IMG/VR virus record: IMGVR_UViG_643348551_000004
Source: a virus
Taxonomy: Duplodnaviria; Heunggongvirae; Uroviricota; Caudoviricetes
Strand: one strand, 5' to 3'
Length of the DNA stretch: 44,935 bases
Shown: in pieces, positions 28,951 through 40,047 of the stretch
Position numbering within the stretch: position 1 is the first letter of the stretch
Layout: the number at the start of each line of letters is the position of its first letter
The notes under the pieces: generated by a model
What the model saw: the letters and a program-made list of their open reading frames with translations, nothing else
Told to the model about the DNA's origin: nothing
Database searches by the model: none
Position numbers and translations under genes: made by a program

Positions 28951-29529
28951 ATGGCCATAAAAGGTCTTGAGCAGGCCGTTGAAAACCTCAGCCGTATCAG
29001 CAAAACGGCGGTGCCTGGTGCCGCCGCAATGGCCATTAACCGCGTTGCGTCATCCGCGATATCGCAGTCTGCGTCACAGGTTGCCCGTGAGACAAAGGTA
29101 CGCCGGAAACTGGTAAAGGAAAGGGCCAGGCTGAAAAGGGCCACGGTCAAAAATCCGCAGGCCAGAATCAGGGTTAACCGGGGGGATTTGCCCGTAATCA
29201 AGCTGGGTAACGCGCGGGTTGTCCTTTCCCGCCGCAGACGTCGTAAAAAGGGGCAGCGTTCATCCCTGAAAGGTGGCGGCAGCGTGCTTGTGGTGGGAAA
29301 CCGTCGTATTCCCGGCGCGTTTATTCAGCAACTGAAAAATGGCCGGTGGCATGTCATGCAGCGTGTGGCCGGGAAAAACCGTTACCCCATTGATGTGGTG
29401 AAAATCCCGATGGCGGTGCCGCTGACCACGGCGTTTAAACAGAATATTGAACGGATACGGCGTGAACGTCTTCCGAAAGAGCTGGGCTATGCGCTGCAGC
29501 ATCAACTGAGAATGGTAATAAAGCGATGA
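28951..29529 (+). CDS. Z: Tail completion protein Z, 192 aa
   Basis: Lambda order and size. MAIKGLEQAVENLSRISKTAVPGAAAMAINRVASSA... Confidence 0.93.
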   Translation: MAIKGLEQAVENLSRISKTAVPGAAAMAINRVASSAISQSASQVARETKVRRKLVKERARLKRATVKNPQARIRVNRGDLPVIKLGNARVVLSRRRRRKKGQRSSLKGGGSVLVVGNRRIPGAFIQQLKNGRWHVMQRVAGKNRYPIDVVKIPMAVPLTTAFKQNIERIRRERLPKELGYALQHQLRMVIKR

Positions 29530-29921
29530 AACATACTGAACTCCGTGCAGCCGTACTGGATGCACTGGAGAAGCATGACACCGGGGCGACGTTTTTTGAT
29601 GGTCGCCCCGCTGTTTTTGATGAGGCGGATTTTCCGGCAGTTGCCGTTTATCTCACCGGCGCTGAATACACGGGCGAAGAGCTGGACAGCGATACATGGC
29701 AGGCGGAGCTGCATATTGAAGTTTTCCTGCCTGCTCAGGTGCCGGATTCAGAGCTGGATGCGTGGATGGAGTCCCGGATTTATCCGGTGATGAGTGATAT
29801 CCCGGCACTGTCAGATTTGATCACCAGTATGGTGGCCAGCGGCTATGACTACCGGCGCGACGATGATGCGGGCCTGTGGAGTTCAGCCGATCTGACTTAT
29901 GTCATTACCTATGAAATGTGA
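29526..29921 (+). CDS. U: Tail terminator U, 131 aa
   Basis: [54 protein letters not shown]... equals lambda gpU. Confidence 0.95.
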   Translation: MKHTELRAAVLDALEKHDTGATFFDGRPAVFDEADFPAVAVYLTGAEYTGEELDSDTWQAELHIEVFLPAQVPDSELDAWMESRIYPVMSDIPALSDLITSMVASGYDYRRDDDAGLWSSADLTYVITYEM

Positions 29922-29928
29922 GGACGCT

Positions 29929-30669
29929 ATGCCTGTACCAAATCCTGTAATGCCGGTGAAAGGTGCCGGGACCACGCTGTGGGTTTATAAGGGAAGCGGT
30001 GACCCTTATGCGAATCCGCTTTCAGACGTTGACTGGTCGCGTCTGGCAAAAGTTAAAGACCTGACGCCCGGCGAACTGACCGCTGAGTCCTATGACGACA
30101 GCTATCTCGATGATGAAGATGCAGACTGGACTGCGACCGGGCAGGGGCAGAAATCTGCCGGAGATACCAGCTTCACGCTGGCGTGGATGCCCGGAGAGCA
30201 GGGGCAGCAGGCGCTGCTGGCGTGGTTTAATGAAGGGGATACCCGAGCCTATAAAATCCGCTTCCCGAACGGCACGGTCGATGTGTTCCGCGGCTGGGTC
30301 AGCAGTATCGGTAAGGCGGTGACGGCGAAGGAAGTGATCACCCGCACGGTGAAAGTCACCAACGTGGGCCGTCCGTCGATGGCAGAAGATCGCAGCACGG
30401 TGACGGCGACAACCGGCATGACTGTGACGCCTGCCAGCACCTCGGTGGTGAAAGGGCAGAGCACCACGCTGACCGTGGCATTCCAGCCGGAAGGCGCAAC
30501 CGACAAGAGCTTCCGTGCGGTGTCTGCGGATAAAACAAAAGCCACCGTGTCGGTCAGTGGTATGACCATCACCGTGAAAGGTGTTGCTGCAGGCAAGGTC
30601 AACATTCCGGTCGTATCCGGTAATGGTGAACTTGCTGCGGTTGCAGAAATCACCGTCACCGCCAGTTAA
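29929..30669 (+). CDS. V: Major tail tube protein V (with C-terminal Ig-like domain), 246 aa
   Basis: [56 protein letters not shown]... equals lambda gpV. Confidence 0.96.
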   Translation: MPVPNPVMPVKGAGTTLWVYKGSGDPYANPLSDVDWSRLAKVKDLTPGELTAESYDDSYLDDEDADWTATGQGQKSAGDTSFTLAWMPGEQGQQALLAWFNEGDTRAYKIRFPNGTVDVFRGWVSSIGKAVTAKEVITRTVKVTNVGRPSMAEDRSTVTATTGMTVTPASTSVVKGQSTTLTVAFQPEGATDKSFRAVSADKTKATVSVSGMTITVKGVAAGKVNIPVVSGNGELAAVAEITVTAS

Positions 30670-30684
30670 TCCGGGGAGTCAGCG

Positions 30685-31107
30685 ATGTTCCTGAAAACCG
30701 AATCATTTGAACATAACGGTGTGACCGTCACGCTTTCTGAACTGTCAGCCCTGCAGCGAATTGAGCATCTCGCCCTGCTGAAACGACAGGCAGAACAGGC
30801 GGGATCCAGTCTCAATCGACAGGTGAGCGTGGAAGATCTCGTCAGAACCGGTGCTTTTCTGGTGGCGATGTCCCTGTGGCATAGCCATCCGCAGAAGACA
30901 AAGATGCCGTCCATGAATGAAGCCGTTAAACAAATTGAGCAGGAAGTGCTTACCACCTGGCCCACAGAGGCAATTGCTCAGGCTGAAAATGTGGTAATGC
31001 GTCTGTCCGGTATGTCTGAGTTTGTTGTGAATGATGCACCTGAACAGGCAGATGACGCCGGGCCAGCAGAGCCTGTTTCTGCGGGAAAGTGTTCGACGGT
31101 GAGCTGA
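30685..31107 (+). CDS. G: Tail assembly chaperone G, 140 aa
   Basis: MFLKTESFEHNGVTVTLSELSALQRIEHLALLKRQAEQA... equals lambda gpG. Confidence 0.95.
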   Translation: MFLKTESFEHNGVTVTLSELSALQRIEHLALLKRQAEQAGSSLNRQVSVEDLVRTGAFLVAMSLWHSHPQKTKMPSMNEAVKQIEQEVLTTWPTEAIAQAENVVMRLSGMSEFVVNDAPEQADDAGPAEPVSAGKCSTVS

Positions 31108-31523
31108 GTTTTGCCCTGAAACTGGCGCGTGAGATGGGGCGACCCGACTGGCGCGCCATGCTTGCCGGGATGTCATCCACGGAGTATGCCGACTGGCACC
31201 GCTTTTACAGTACCCATTATTTTCATGATGTTCTGCTGGATATGCACTTTTCCGGGCTGACGTACACCGTACTCAGCCTGTTTTTCAGCGATCCGGATAT
31301 GCATCCGCTGGATTTCAGTCTGCTGAACCGGCGCGAGGCTGACGAAGAGCCTGAAGATGATGTGCTGATGCAGAAAGCGGCAGGGCTTGCCGGAGGCGTC
31401 CGCTTTGGCCCGGACGGGAATGAAGTTATCCCCGCTTCCCCGGATGTGGCGGACATGACGGAGGATGACGTAATGCTGATGACAGTATCAGAAGGGATCG
31501 CAGGAGGAGTCCGGTATGGCTGA
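30685..31523 (+). CDS. T: Tail assembly chaperone G-T fusion, made by a programmed -1 frameshift
   Basis: After a slip at G GGA AAG (31083-31089), the -1 frame continues as GKVFDGELSFALKLAREMGRPDWRAMLAGMSSTEYADWHRFY... to 31523, as in lambda. Confidence 0.88.
31083..31089 (+). promoter_or_regulatory. Slippery heptamer GGGAAAG for the G/GT -1 frameshift
   Basis: An exact lambda-type heptamer lies 6 codons before the G stop. Confidence 0.88.
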
Positions 31524-34077
31524 ACCGGTAGGCGATCTGGTCGTTGATTTGAGTCTGGATGCGGCCAGATTTGACGAGCAGATGGCCAGAGTCAGGCGTC
31601 ATTTTTCCGGTACGGAAAGTGATGCGAAAAAAACAGCGGCAGTCGTTGAACAGTCGATGAACCGGCAGGCGCTGGCTGCACAGAAAGCGGGAATTTCCGT
31701 CGGGCAGTATAAAGCCGCCATGCGTATGCTGCCTGCGCAGTTCACTGACGTGGCCACGCAGCTTGCAGGCGGGCAAAGTCCGTGGCTGATCCTGCTGCAA
31801 CAGGGGGGTCAGGTGAAGGACTCCTTCGGCGGGATGATCCCCATGTTCCGGGGGCTTGCCGGTGCGATCACCCTGCCGATGGTGGGGGCTACCTCGCTGG
31901 CGGTGGCGACCGGAGCGCTGGCGTATGCCTGGTATCAGGGCAACTCAACCCTGTCCGATTTCAACAAAACGCTGGTCCTTTCCGGCAATCAGGCGGGACT
32001 GACGGCAGATCGTATGCTGGTCCTGTCCAGAGCCGGGCAGGCGGCAGGGCTGACGTTTAACCAGACCAGCGAGTCACTCAGCGCACTGGTTAAGGCGGGG
32101 GTAAGCGGTGAGGCTCAGATTGCGTCCATCAGCCAGAGTGTGGCGCGTTTCTCCTCTGCATCCGGCGTGGAGGTGGACAAGGTCGCTGAAGCCTTCGGGA
32201 AGCTGACCACAGACCCGACGTCGGGGCTGACGGCGATGGCACGCCAGTTCCATAACGTGACGGCGGAGCAGATTGCGTATGTTGCTCAGTTGCAGCGTTC
32301 CGGCGATGAAGCCGGGGCATTGCAGGCGGCGAACGAGGCCGCAACGAAAGGGTTTGATGACCAGACCCGACGCTTGAAAGAGAACATGGGCACGCTGGAA
32401 ACCTGGGCAGACAGGACAGCACGGGCATTCAAATCCATGTGGGATGCGGTGCTGGATATTGGTCGTCCTGATACCGCGCAGGAGATGCTGATTAAGGCAG
32501 AGGCCGCGTTTAAGAAAGCGGACGATATCTGGAATCTGCGCAAGGATGATTATTTTGTTAACGATGAAGCGCGGGCGCGTTACTGGGATGATCGTGAAAA
32601 GGCCCGTCTTGCGCTTGAAGTCGCCCGAAAGAAGGCTGAGCAGCAGAGTCAACAGGACAAAAATGCGCAGCAGCAGAGCGATACCGAAGCGTCACGGCTG
32701 AAATATACCGAAGAGGCGCAGAAGGCTTACGAACGGCTGCAGACGCCGCTGGAGAAATATACCGCCCGTCAGGAAGAACTGAACAAGGCACTGAAAGACG
32801 GGAAAATCCTGCAGGCGGATTACAACACGCTGATGGCGGCGGCGAAAAAGGATTATGAAGCGACGCTGAAAAAGCCGAAACAGTCCGGCGTGAAGGTGTC
32901 TGCGGGCGATCGTCAGGAAGACAGTGCTCATGCTGCCCTGCTGACGCTTCAGGCAGAACTCCGGACGCTGGAGAAGCATGCCGGAGCAAATGAGAAAATC
33001 AGCCAGCAGCGCCGGGATTTGTGGAAGGCGGAGAGTCAGTTCGCGGTACTGGAGGAGGCGGCGCAACGTCGCCAGCTGTCTGCACAGGAGAAATCCCTGC
33101 TGGCGCATAAAGATGAGACGCTGGAGTACAAACGCCAGCTGGCTGCACTTGGCGACAAGGTTACGTATCAGGAGCGCCTGAACGCGCTGGCGCAGCAGGC
33201 GGATAAATTCGCACAGCAGCAACGGGCAAAACGGGCCGCCATTGATGCGAAAAGCCGGGGGCTGACTGACCGGCAGGCAGAACGGGAAGCCACGGAACAG
33301 CGCCTGAAGGAACAGTATGGCGATAATCCGCTGGCGCTGAATAACGTCATGTCAGAGCAGAAAAAGACCTGGGCGGCTGAAGACCAGCTTCGCGGGAGCT
33401 GGATGGCAGGCCTGAAGTCCGGCTGGAGTGAGTGGGAAGAGAGCGCCACGGACAGTATGTCGCAGGTAAAAAGTGCAGCCACGCAGACCTTTGATGGTAT
33501 TGCACAGAATATGGCGGCGATGCTGACCGGCAGTGAGCAGAACTGGCGCAGCTTCACCCGTTCCGTGCTGTCCATGATGACAGAAATTCTGCTTAAGCAG
33601 GCAATGGTGGGGATTGTCGGGAGTATCGGCAGCGCCATTGGCGGGGCTGTTGGTGGCGGCGCATCCGCGTCAGGCGGTACAGCCATTCAGGCCGCTGCGG
33701 CGAAATTCCATTTTGCAACCGGAGGATTTACGGGAACCGGCGGCAAATATGAGCCAGCGGGGATTGTTCACCGTGGTGAATTTGTCTTCACGAAGGAGGC
33801 AACCAGCCGGATTGGCGTGGGGAATCTTTACCGGCTGATGCGCGGCTATGCCACCGGCGGTTATGTCGGTACACCGGGCAGCATGGCAGACAGCCGGTCG
33901 CAGGCGTCCGGGACGTTTGAGCAGAATAACCATGTGGTGATTAACAACGACGGCACGAACGGGCAGATAGGTCCGGCTGCTCTGAAGGCGGTGTATGACA
34001 TGGCCCGCAAGGGTGCCCGTGATGAAATTCAGACACAGATGCGTGATGGTGGCCTGTTCTCCGGAGGTGGACGATGA
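31516..34077 (+). CDS. H: Tape measure protein H, 853 aa
   Basis: Lambda length and sequence (MAEPVGDLVVDLSLDAARFDEQMARVRRHFSGTESDAKKTAAVVEQS...). Confidence 0.96.
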   Translation: MAEPVGDLVVDLSLDAARFDEQMARVRRHFSGTESDAKKTAAVVEQSMNRQALAAQKAGISVGQYKAAMRMLPAQFTDVATQLAGGQSPWLILLQQGGQVKDSFGGMIPMFRGLAGAITLPMVGATSLAVATGALAYAWYQGNSTLSDFNKTLVLSGNQAGLTADRMLVLSRAGQAAGLTFNQTSESLSALVKAGVSGEAQIASISQSVARFSSASGVEVDKVAEAFGKLTTDPTSGLTAMARQFHNVTAEQIAYVAQLQRSGDEAGALQAANEAATKGFDDQTRRLKENMGTLETWADRTARAFKSMWDAVLDIGRPDTAQEMLIKAEAAFKKADDIWNLRKDDYFVNDEARARYWDDREKARLALEVARKKAEQQSQQDKNAQQQSDTEASRLKYTEEAQKAYERLQTPLEKYTARQEELNKALKDGKILQADYNTLMAAAKKDYEATLKKPKQSGVKVSAGDRQEDSAHAALLTLQAELRTLEKHAGANEKISQQRRDLWKAESQFAVLEEAAQRRQLSAQEKSLLAHKDETLEYKRQLAALGDKVTYQERLNALAQQADKFAQQQRAKRAAIDAKSRGLTDRQAEREATEQRLKEQYGDNPLALNNVMSEQKKTWAAEDQLRGSWMAGLKSGWSEWEESATDSMSQVKSAATQTFDGIAQNMAAMLTGSEQNWRSFTRSVLSMMTEILLKQAMVGIVGSIGSAIGGAVGGGASASGGTAIQAAAAKFHFATGGFTGTGGKYEPAGIVHRGEFVFTKEATSRIGVGNLYRLMRGYATGGYVGTPGSMADSRSQASGTFEQNNHVVINNDGTNGQIGPAALKAVYDMARKGARDEIQTQMRDGGLFSGGGR

Positions 34078-34403
34078 AGACCTTCCGCTGGAAAGTGAAA
34101 CCCGGTATGGATGTGGCTTCGGTCCCTTCTGTAAGAAAGGTGCGCTTTGGTGATGGCTATTCTCAGCGAGCGCCTGCCGGGCTGAATGCCAACCTGAAAA
34201 CGTACAGCGTGACGCTTTCTGTCCCCCGTGAGGAGGCCACGGTACTGGAGTCGTTTCTGGAAGAGCACGGGGGCTGGAAATCCTTTCTGTGGACGCCGCC
34301 TTATGAGTGGCGGCAGATAAAGGTGACCTGCGCAAAATGGTCGTCGCGGATCAGTATGTTGCGTGTTGAGTTCAGCGCAGAGTTTGAACAGGTGGTGAAC
34401 TGA
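34074..34403 (+). CDS. M: Tail tip protein M, 109 aa
   Basis: MKTFRWKVKPGMDVASVPSVRKVRFGDGYSQRAPAGLNANLKTYSVTLSVPREEA... equals lambda gpM. Confidence 0.95.
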   Translation: MKTFRWKVKPGMDVASVPSVRKVRFGDGYSQRAPAGLNANLKTYSVTLSVPREEATVLESFLEEHGGWKSFLWTPPYEWRQIKVTCAKWSSRISMLRVEFSAEFEQVVN

Positions 34404-35101
34404 TGCAGGATATCCGGCAGGAAACACTGAATGAATGCACCCGTGCGGAGCAGTCGGCCAGCGTGGTGCTCTGGGAAATCGACCTGACAGAGGTCGGTGG
34501 AGAACGTTATTTTTTCTGTAATGAGCAGAACGAAAAAGGTGAGCCGGTCACCTGGCAGGGGCGACAGTATCAGCCGTATCCCATTCAGGGGAGCGGTTTT
34601 GAACTGAATGGCAAAGGCACCAGTACGCGCCCCACGCTGACGGTTTCTAACCTGTACGGTATGGTCACCGGGATGGCGGAAGATATGCAGAGTCTGGTCG
34701 GCGGAACGGTGGTCCGGCGTAAGGTTTACGCCCGTTTTCTGGATGCGGTGAACTTCGTCAACGGAAACAGTTACGCCGATCCGGAGCAGGAGGTGATCAG
34801 CCGCTGGCGCATTGAGCAGTGCAGCGAACTGAGCGCGGTGAGTGCCTCCTTTGTACTGTCCACGCCGACGGAAACGGATGGCGCTGTTTTTCCGGGACGT
34901 ATCATGCTGGCCAACACCTGCACCTGGACCTATCGCGGTGACGAGTGCGGTTATAGCGGTCCGGCTGTCGCGGATGAATATGACCAGCCAACGTCCGATA
35001 TCACGAAGGATAAATGCAGCAAATGCCTGAGCGGTTGTAAGTTCCGCAATAACGTCGGCAACTTTGGCGGCTTCCTTTCCATTAACAAACTTTCGCAGTA
35101 A
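34403..35101 (+). CDS. L: Tail tip protein L (Fe-S cluster Cys motif), 232 aa
   Basis: MQDIRQETLNECTRAEQSASVVLWEIDLTEVGGERYFFCNEQNEKGEPVTWQGRQYQPYP... with the C-terminal DKCSKCLSGCKFRNN. Confidence 0.95.
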   Translation: MQDIRQETLNECTRAEQSASVVLWEIDLTEVGGERYFFCNEQNEKGEPVTWQGRQYQPYPIQGSGFELNGKGTSTRPTLTVSNLYGMVTGMAEDMQSLVGGTVVRRKVYARFLDAVNFVNGNSYADPEQEVISRWRIEQCSELSAVSASFVLSTPTETDGAVFPGRIMLANTCTWTYRGDECGYSGPAVADEYDQPTSDITKDKCSKCLSGCKFRNNVGNFGGFLSINKLSQ

Positions 35102-35106
35102 ATCCC

Positions 35107-35850
35107 ATGACACAGACAGAATCAGCGATTCTGGCGCACGCCCGGCGATGTGCGCCAGCGGAGTCGTGCGGCTTCGTGGTAAGCACGCCGGAGGGGGAAA
35201 GATATTTTCCCTGCGTGAATATCTCCGGTGAGCCGGAGGCGTATTTCCGTATGTCGCCGGAAGACTGGCTGCAGGCAGAAATGCAGGGTGAGATTGTGGC
35301 GCTGGTCCACAGCCACCCCGGTGGTCTGCCCTGGCTGAGTGAGGCCGACCGGCGGCTGCAGGTGCAGAGTGATTTGCCGTGGTGGCTGGTCTGCCGGGGG
35401 ACGATTCATAAGTTCCGCTGTGTGCCGCATCTCACCGGGCGGCGCTTTGAGCACGGTGTGACGGACTGTTACACACTGTTCCGGGATGCTTATCATCTGG
35501 CGGGGATTGAGATGCCGGACTTTTATCGTGAGGATGACTGGTGGCGTAACGGCCAGAATCTCTATCTGGATAATCTGGAGGCGACGGGGCTGTATCAGGT
35601 GCCGTTGTCAGCGGCACAGCCGGGCGATGTGCTGCTGTGCTGTTTTGGTTCATCAGTGCCGAATCACGCCGCAATTTACTGCGGCGACGGCGAGCTGCTG
35701 CACCATATTCCTGAACAACTGAGCAAACGAGAGAGGTACACCGACAAATGGCAGCGACGCACACACTCCCTCTGGCGTCACCGGGCATGGCGCGCATCTG
35801 CCTTTACGGGGATTTACAACGATTTGGTCGCCGCATCGACCTTCGTGTGA
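35107..35850 (+). CDS. K: Tail tip assembly protein K (JAMM/MPN + NlpC/P60 domains), 247-aa ORF
   Basis: The JAMM motif is VHSHPGGLPWLSEAD and the NlpC/P60 Cys is in VTDCYTLF. It matches lambda gpK and overlaps I by 103 nt. Confidence 0.92.
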   Translation: MTQTESAILAHARRCAPAESCGFVVSTPEGERYFPCVNISGEPEAYFRMSPEDWLQAEMQGEIVALVHSHPGGLPWLSEADRRLQVQSDLPWWLVCRGTIHKFRCVPHLTGRRFEHGVTDCYTLFRDAYHLAGIEMPDFYREDDWWRNGQNLYLDNLEATGLYQVPLSAAQPGDVLLCCFGSSVPNHAAIYCGDGELLHHIPEQLSKRERYTDKWQRRTHSLWRHRAWRASAFTGIYNDLVAASTFV

Positions 35851-36419
35851 AAACGGGGGCTGAAGCCATCCGGGCACTGGCCACACAGCTCCCGGCGTTT
35901 CGTCAGAAACTGAGCGACGGCTGGTATCAGGTACGGATTGCCGGGCGGGACGTCAGCACGTCCGGGTTAACGGCGCAGTTACATGAGACTCTGCCTGATG
36001 GCGCTGTGATTCATATTGTTCCCAGAGTCGCCGGGGCCAAGTCAGGTGGCGTATTCCAGATTGTCCTGGGGGCTGCCGCCATTGCCGGATCATTCTTTAC
36101 CGCCGGAGCCACCCTTGCAGCATGGGGGGCAGCCATTGGGACCGGTGGTATGACCGGCATCCTGTTTTCTCTCGGTGCCAGTATGGTGCTCGGTGGTGTG
36201 GCGCAGATGCTGGCACCGAAAGCCAGGACGCCCACGGCAGCCAGTACAGATAACGGCAAACAGAACACGTATTTCTCGTCACTGGATAACATGGTTGCCC
36301 AGGGCAATGTTCTGCCTGTTCTGTACGGTGAAATGCGCGTGGGGTCGCGGGTGGTCTCTCAGGAGATCAGCACGGCAGACGAAGGGGACGGTGGTCAGGT
36401 TGTGGTGATTGGTCGTTGA
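35748..36419 (+). CDS. I: Tail tip assembly protein I, 223 aa
   Basis: MAATHTLPLASPGMARICLYGDLQRFGRRIDLRVKTGAEAIRALATQLPAFRQKL... equals lambda gpI. Confidence 0.94.
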   Translation: MAATHTLPLASPGMARICLYGDLQRFGRRIDLRVKTGAEAIRALATQLPAFRQKLSDGWYQVRIAGRDVSTSGLTAQLHETLPDGAVIHIVPRVAGAKSGGVFQIVLGAAAIAGSFFTAGATLAAWGAAIGTGGMTGILFSLGASMVLGGVAQMLAPKARTPTAASTDNGKQNTYFSSLDNMVAQGNVLPVLYGEMRVGSRVVSQEISTADEGDGGQVVVIGR

Positions 36420-36479
36420 TGAAAAACGTTTTATGTGAAACCGCTTCCGGGCGGTTTTGTCGTTTATGGAGCGTGAGGA

Positions 36480-39400
36480 ATGGGTAAAGGCAGCAGTAAG
36501 GGGCATACTCCGCGCGAAACGAAGGACAACCTGAAGTCCACGCAGTTGTTGAGTGTGATCGATGCCATCAGCGAAGGGCCGGTTGAAGGTCCGGTGGATG
36601 GATTAAAAAGCGTGCTGCTGAACAGTACGCCAGTGCTGGACAGTGAGGGGAATACCAACATCTCCGGCGTCACGGTGGTGTTCCGGGCCGGTGAGCAGGA
36701 GCAGACACCGCCGGAGGGATTTGAATCCTCCGGCTCCGAGACGGTGCTGGGTACGGAAGTGAAATACGACACGCCGATCACCCGGACCATCACGTCGGCA
36801 AACATTGACCGACTGCGCTTTACCTTCGGTGTGCAGGCACTGGTGGAAACCACCTCAAAGGGGGACCGGAATCCGTCGGAAGTTCGCCTGCTGGTTCAGA
36901 TACAGCGTAATGGTGGCTGGGTGACGGAAAAAGACATCACCATTAAGGGCAAAACCACCTCGCAGTATCTGGCCTCGGTGGTGGTGGATAACCTGCCGCC
37001 GCGCCCGTTCAGTATCCGGATGCGCAGGATGACGCCGGACAGCACCACAGACCAGCTGCAGAACAAAACGCTCTGGTCGTCATACACCGAAATCATCGAT
37101 GTGAAACAGTGCTACCCGAATACGGCACTGGTCGGCGTACAGGTGGATTCGGAGCAGTTCGGCAGCCAGCAGGTGAGCCGTAATTATCATCTTCGCGGGC
37201 GCATTCTGCAGGTGCCGTCGAACTATAACCCGCAGACGCGGCAATACAGCGGTATCTGGGACGGAACGTTTAAGCCAGCATACAGCAACAACATGGCCTG
37301 GTGTCTGTGGGATATGCTGACCCATCCGCGCTACGGCATGGGGAAACGTCTTGGTGCGGCGGATGTGGACAAATGGGCGCTGTATGTCATCGGCCAGCAT
37401 TGCGATCAGTCGGTGCCGGACGGTTTTGGCGGCACGGAGCCGCGCATCACCTGTAATGCGTACCTGACCACACAGCGCAAGGCGTGGGATGTGCTCAGTG
37501 ATTTCTGCTCGGCGATGCGCTGTATGCCGGTATGGAACGGGCAGACGCTGACGTTCGTGCAGGACCGACCGTCGGATAAGGTGTGGACCTATAACCGCAG
37601 TAATGTGGTGATGCCGGATGATGGTGCGCCGTTCCGCTACAGCTTCAGCGCCCTGAAGGACCGCCATAATGCCGTTGAGGTGAACTGGATTGACCCGAAT
37701 AACGGCTGGGAGACGGCGACAGAGCTTGTGGAGGACACGCAGGCCATTGCCCGTTACGGTCGTAACGTCACGAAGATGGATGCTTTTGGCTGTACCAGCC
37801 GGGGGCAGGCACACCGCGCCGGGCTGTGGCTGATTAAAACAGAACTGCTGGAAACGCAGACCGTGGACTTCAGCGTGGGTGCCGAAGGGCTTCGCCATGT
37901 ACCGGGCGATGTCATTGAAATCTGCGATGATGACTATGCCGGTATCCGCACCGGCGGGCGCGTGCTGGCGGTAAACAGCCAGACCCGGACGCTGACGCTC
38001 GACCGTGAAATCACGCTGCCATCTTCCGGCACCACGCTGATAAGCCTGGTTGACGGGCAGGGGAGTCCGGTCAGCGTGGAGGTTCAGTCCGTCACCGACG
38101 GCGTGAAGGTGAAAGTGAGCCGTGTTCCTGACGGCGTTGCTGAATACAGCGTATGGGGGCTGAAGCTGCCGACGTTGCGCCAGCGCCTGTTCCGCTGCGT
38201 GAGTATCCGTGAGAACGACGACGGCACGTATGCCATCACCGCCGTGCAGCATGTACCGGAAAAAGAGGCCATCGTGGATAACGGGGCGCACTTTGACGGC
38301 GACCAGAGCGGCACGGTAAATGGTGTCACGCCGCCAGCGGTGAAGCACCTGACCGCAGAAGTCACCGCAGACAGCGGGGAATACCAGGTGCTGGCGCGCT
38401 GGGACACGCCGAAGGTGGTGAAGGGCGTGAGCTTCCTGCTTCGCCTGACCGTGGCAGCGGATGACGGCCGTGAGCGGCTGGTCAGCACGGCCCGGACGAC
38501 GGAAACCACTTACCGCTTCACACAACTGGCTCTGGGGAACTACAGGCTGACAGTCCGGGCAGTAAATGCGTGGGGGCAGCAGGGCGATCCGGCGTCGGTA
38601 TCGTTCCGGATTGCCGCACCGGCAGCGCCGTCGCGGATTGAGCTGACGCCGGGCTATTTTCAGATAACCGCCACGCCGCATCTTGCGGTTTATGACCCGA
38701 CGGTACAGTTTGAGTTCTGGTTCTCGGAAAAACGGATTGCGGATATCAGGCAGGTTGAAACCAGCGCGCGTTATCTTGGTACGGCACTGTACTGGATAGC
38801 CGCCAGTATCAATATCAAACCGGGCCATGATTATTATTTTTACGTTCGCAGTGTGAACACCGTTGGCAAATCGGCATTCGTGGAGGCTGTCGGTCAGCCG
38901 AGTGATGATGCATCAGGCTATCTGGATTTTTTCAAAGGCGAGATAGGGAAAACCCATCTGGCTCAGGAGCTGTGGACGCAGATTGATAACGGTCAGCTTG
39001 CGCCTGACCTGACTGAAATCAGGACGTCCATAACGGATGTCAGCAATGAAATAACACAGACCGTCAATAAGAAACTGGAAGACCAGAGTGCAGCGATCCA
39101 GCAGATACAGAAGGTTCAGGTTGATACAAATAATAACCTGAACAGCATGTGGGCAGTGAAGCTGCAGCAGATGCAGGACGGACGCCTTTATATTGCGGGT
39201 ATCGGTGCCGGTATTGAGAACACCCCTGACGGCATGCAGAGTCAGGTGCTGCTGGCAGCAGACAGGATTGCGATGATTAATCCTGCGAATGGCAACACAA
39301 AGCCGATGTTTGTTGGTCAGGGCGATCAGATATTCATGAATGAAGTGTTCCTGAAACGCCTGACGGCCCCCACCATTACCAGCGGCGGTAATCCTCCGGC

Positions 39401-39977
39401 ATTTTCCCTGACATCAGACGGGAGACTGACGGCGAAAAATGCGGATATCAGTGGCAGTGTGAATGCGAACTCAGGAACGCTCAACAATGTCACGATTAAC
39501 CAGAACTGTACGATTAAGGGCATGCTGGAGGCGACCCAGGTCAGAGGAGATTTCGTTAAAGCTGTATCAAAAGCCTTCCCGAAAAAAGTCGGTACGTGGG
39601 GTAACACGGAAACACCAAACGGTACGGTTACAGTCACCATCAGCGATGATCATAACTTTGACCGCCAGATTATTATTCCGCCCATTATTTTTAACGGTAT
39701 AGCGTATGACGATCCGGGGAGCGGAAATAACCCGGGAGGCACGCGATACACGGGTTATGGTTTTGAAGTTCGCAAAAACGGCGTATTAATCGCATCCAGA
39801 GAAACTAAAGGGGCCATTCCCGGTAGTTACAGTGCAGTTATTGATATGCCTAGTGGTGGTGGTAGCGTCACTCTGGAGTTTAAGATTTTCCAGAAAGGCA
39901 ATCAGGGGGCAGGCAATATCACCGACTGTACGGTGATTGTGACCAAAAAAGCGGCTTCCGGCATCAGTATTCGTTGA
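36480..39977 (+). CDS. J: Central tail fibre / host-specificity protein J, 1165 aa; lambda-like except for the distal third
   Basis: The N-terminal ~880 aa are near-identical to lambda J. They are followed by a divergent coiled region and a different C-terminal ~150 aa (lambda J is 1132 aa). Confidence 0.95.
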   Translation: MGKGSSKGHTPRETKDNLKSTQLLSVIDAISEGPVEGPVDGLKSVLLNSTPVLDSEGNTNISGVTVVFRAGEQEQTPPEGFESSGSETVLGTEVKYDTPITRTITSANIDRLRFTFGVQALVETTSKGDRNPSEVRLLVQIQRNGGWVTEKDITIKGKTTSQYLASVVVDNLPPRPFSIRMRRMTPDSTTDQLQNKTLWSSYTEIIDVKQCYPNTALVGVQVDSEQFGSQQVSRNYHLRGRILQVPSNYNPQTRQYSGIWDGTFKPAYSNNMAWCLWDMLTHPRYGMGKRLGAADVDKWALYVIGQHCDQSVPDGFGGTEPRITCNAYLTTQRKAWDVLSDFCSAMRCMPVWNGQTLTFVQDRPSDKVWTYNRSNVVMPDDGAPFRYSFSALKDRHNAVEVNWIDPNNGWETATELVEDTQAIARYGRNVTKMDAFGCTSRGQAHRAGLWLIKTELLETQTVDFSVGAEGLRHVPGDVIEICDDDYAGIRTGGRVLAVNSQTRTLTLDREITLPSSGTTLISLVDGQGSPVSVEVQSVTDGVKVKVSRVPDGVAEYSVWGLKLPTLRQRLFRCVSIRENDDGTYAITAVQHVPEKEAIVDNGAHFDGDQSGTVNGVTPPAVKHLTAEVTADSGEYQVLARWDTPKVVKGVSFLLRLTVAADDGRERLVSTARTTETTYRFTQLALGNYRLTVRAVNAWGQQGDPASVSFRIAAPAAPSRIELTPGYFQITATPHLAVYDPTVQFEFWFSEKRIADIRQVETSARYLGTALYWIAASINIKPGHDYYFYVRSVNTVGKSAFVEAVGQPSDDASGYLDFFKGEIGKTHLAQELWTQIDNGQLAPDLTEIRTSITDVSNEITQTVNKKLEDQSAAIQQIQKVQVDTNNNLNSMWAVKLQQMQDGRLYIAGIGAGIENTPDGMQSQVLLAADRIAMINPANGNTKPMFVGQGDQIFMNEVFLKRLTAPTITSGGNPPAFSLTSDGRLTAKNADISGSVNANSGTLNNVTINQNCTIKGMLEATQVRGDFVKAVSKAFPKKVGTWGNTETPNGTVTVTISDDHNFDRQIIIPPIIFNGIAYDDPGSGNNPGGTRYTGYGFEVRKNGVLIASRETKGAIPGSYSAVIDMPSGGGSVTLEFKIFQKGNQGAGNITDCTVIVTKKAASGISIR

Positions 39978-39999
39978 AATATTTATAACCCCAATAAAT

Positions 40000-40025
40000 G
40001 GCGTCAGGAATGACGCCTTTTTTAT
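40000..40025 (+). terminator. Intrinsic terminator after J
   Basis: GGCGTCA-GGAA-TGACGCC is followed by TTTTTTAT. Confidence 0.8.
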
Positions 40026-40047
40026 TGCAGAAAAGCGAGAGGTAATT

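Noticed and set aside
37080-38828. 582-aa ORF on the minus strand, antisense to J
   Set aside because: It lies wholly inside the well-supported J gene. Its translation is Arg/Pro/His-rich nonsense with no motifs. This is a typical stop-poor shadow frame of GC-rich, codon-biased coding DNA.
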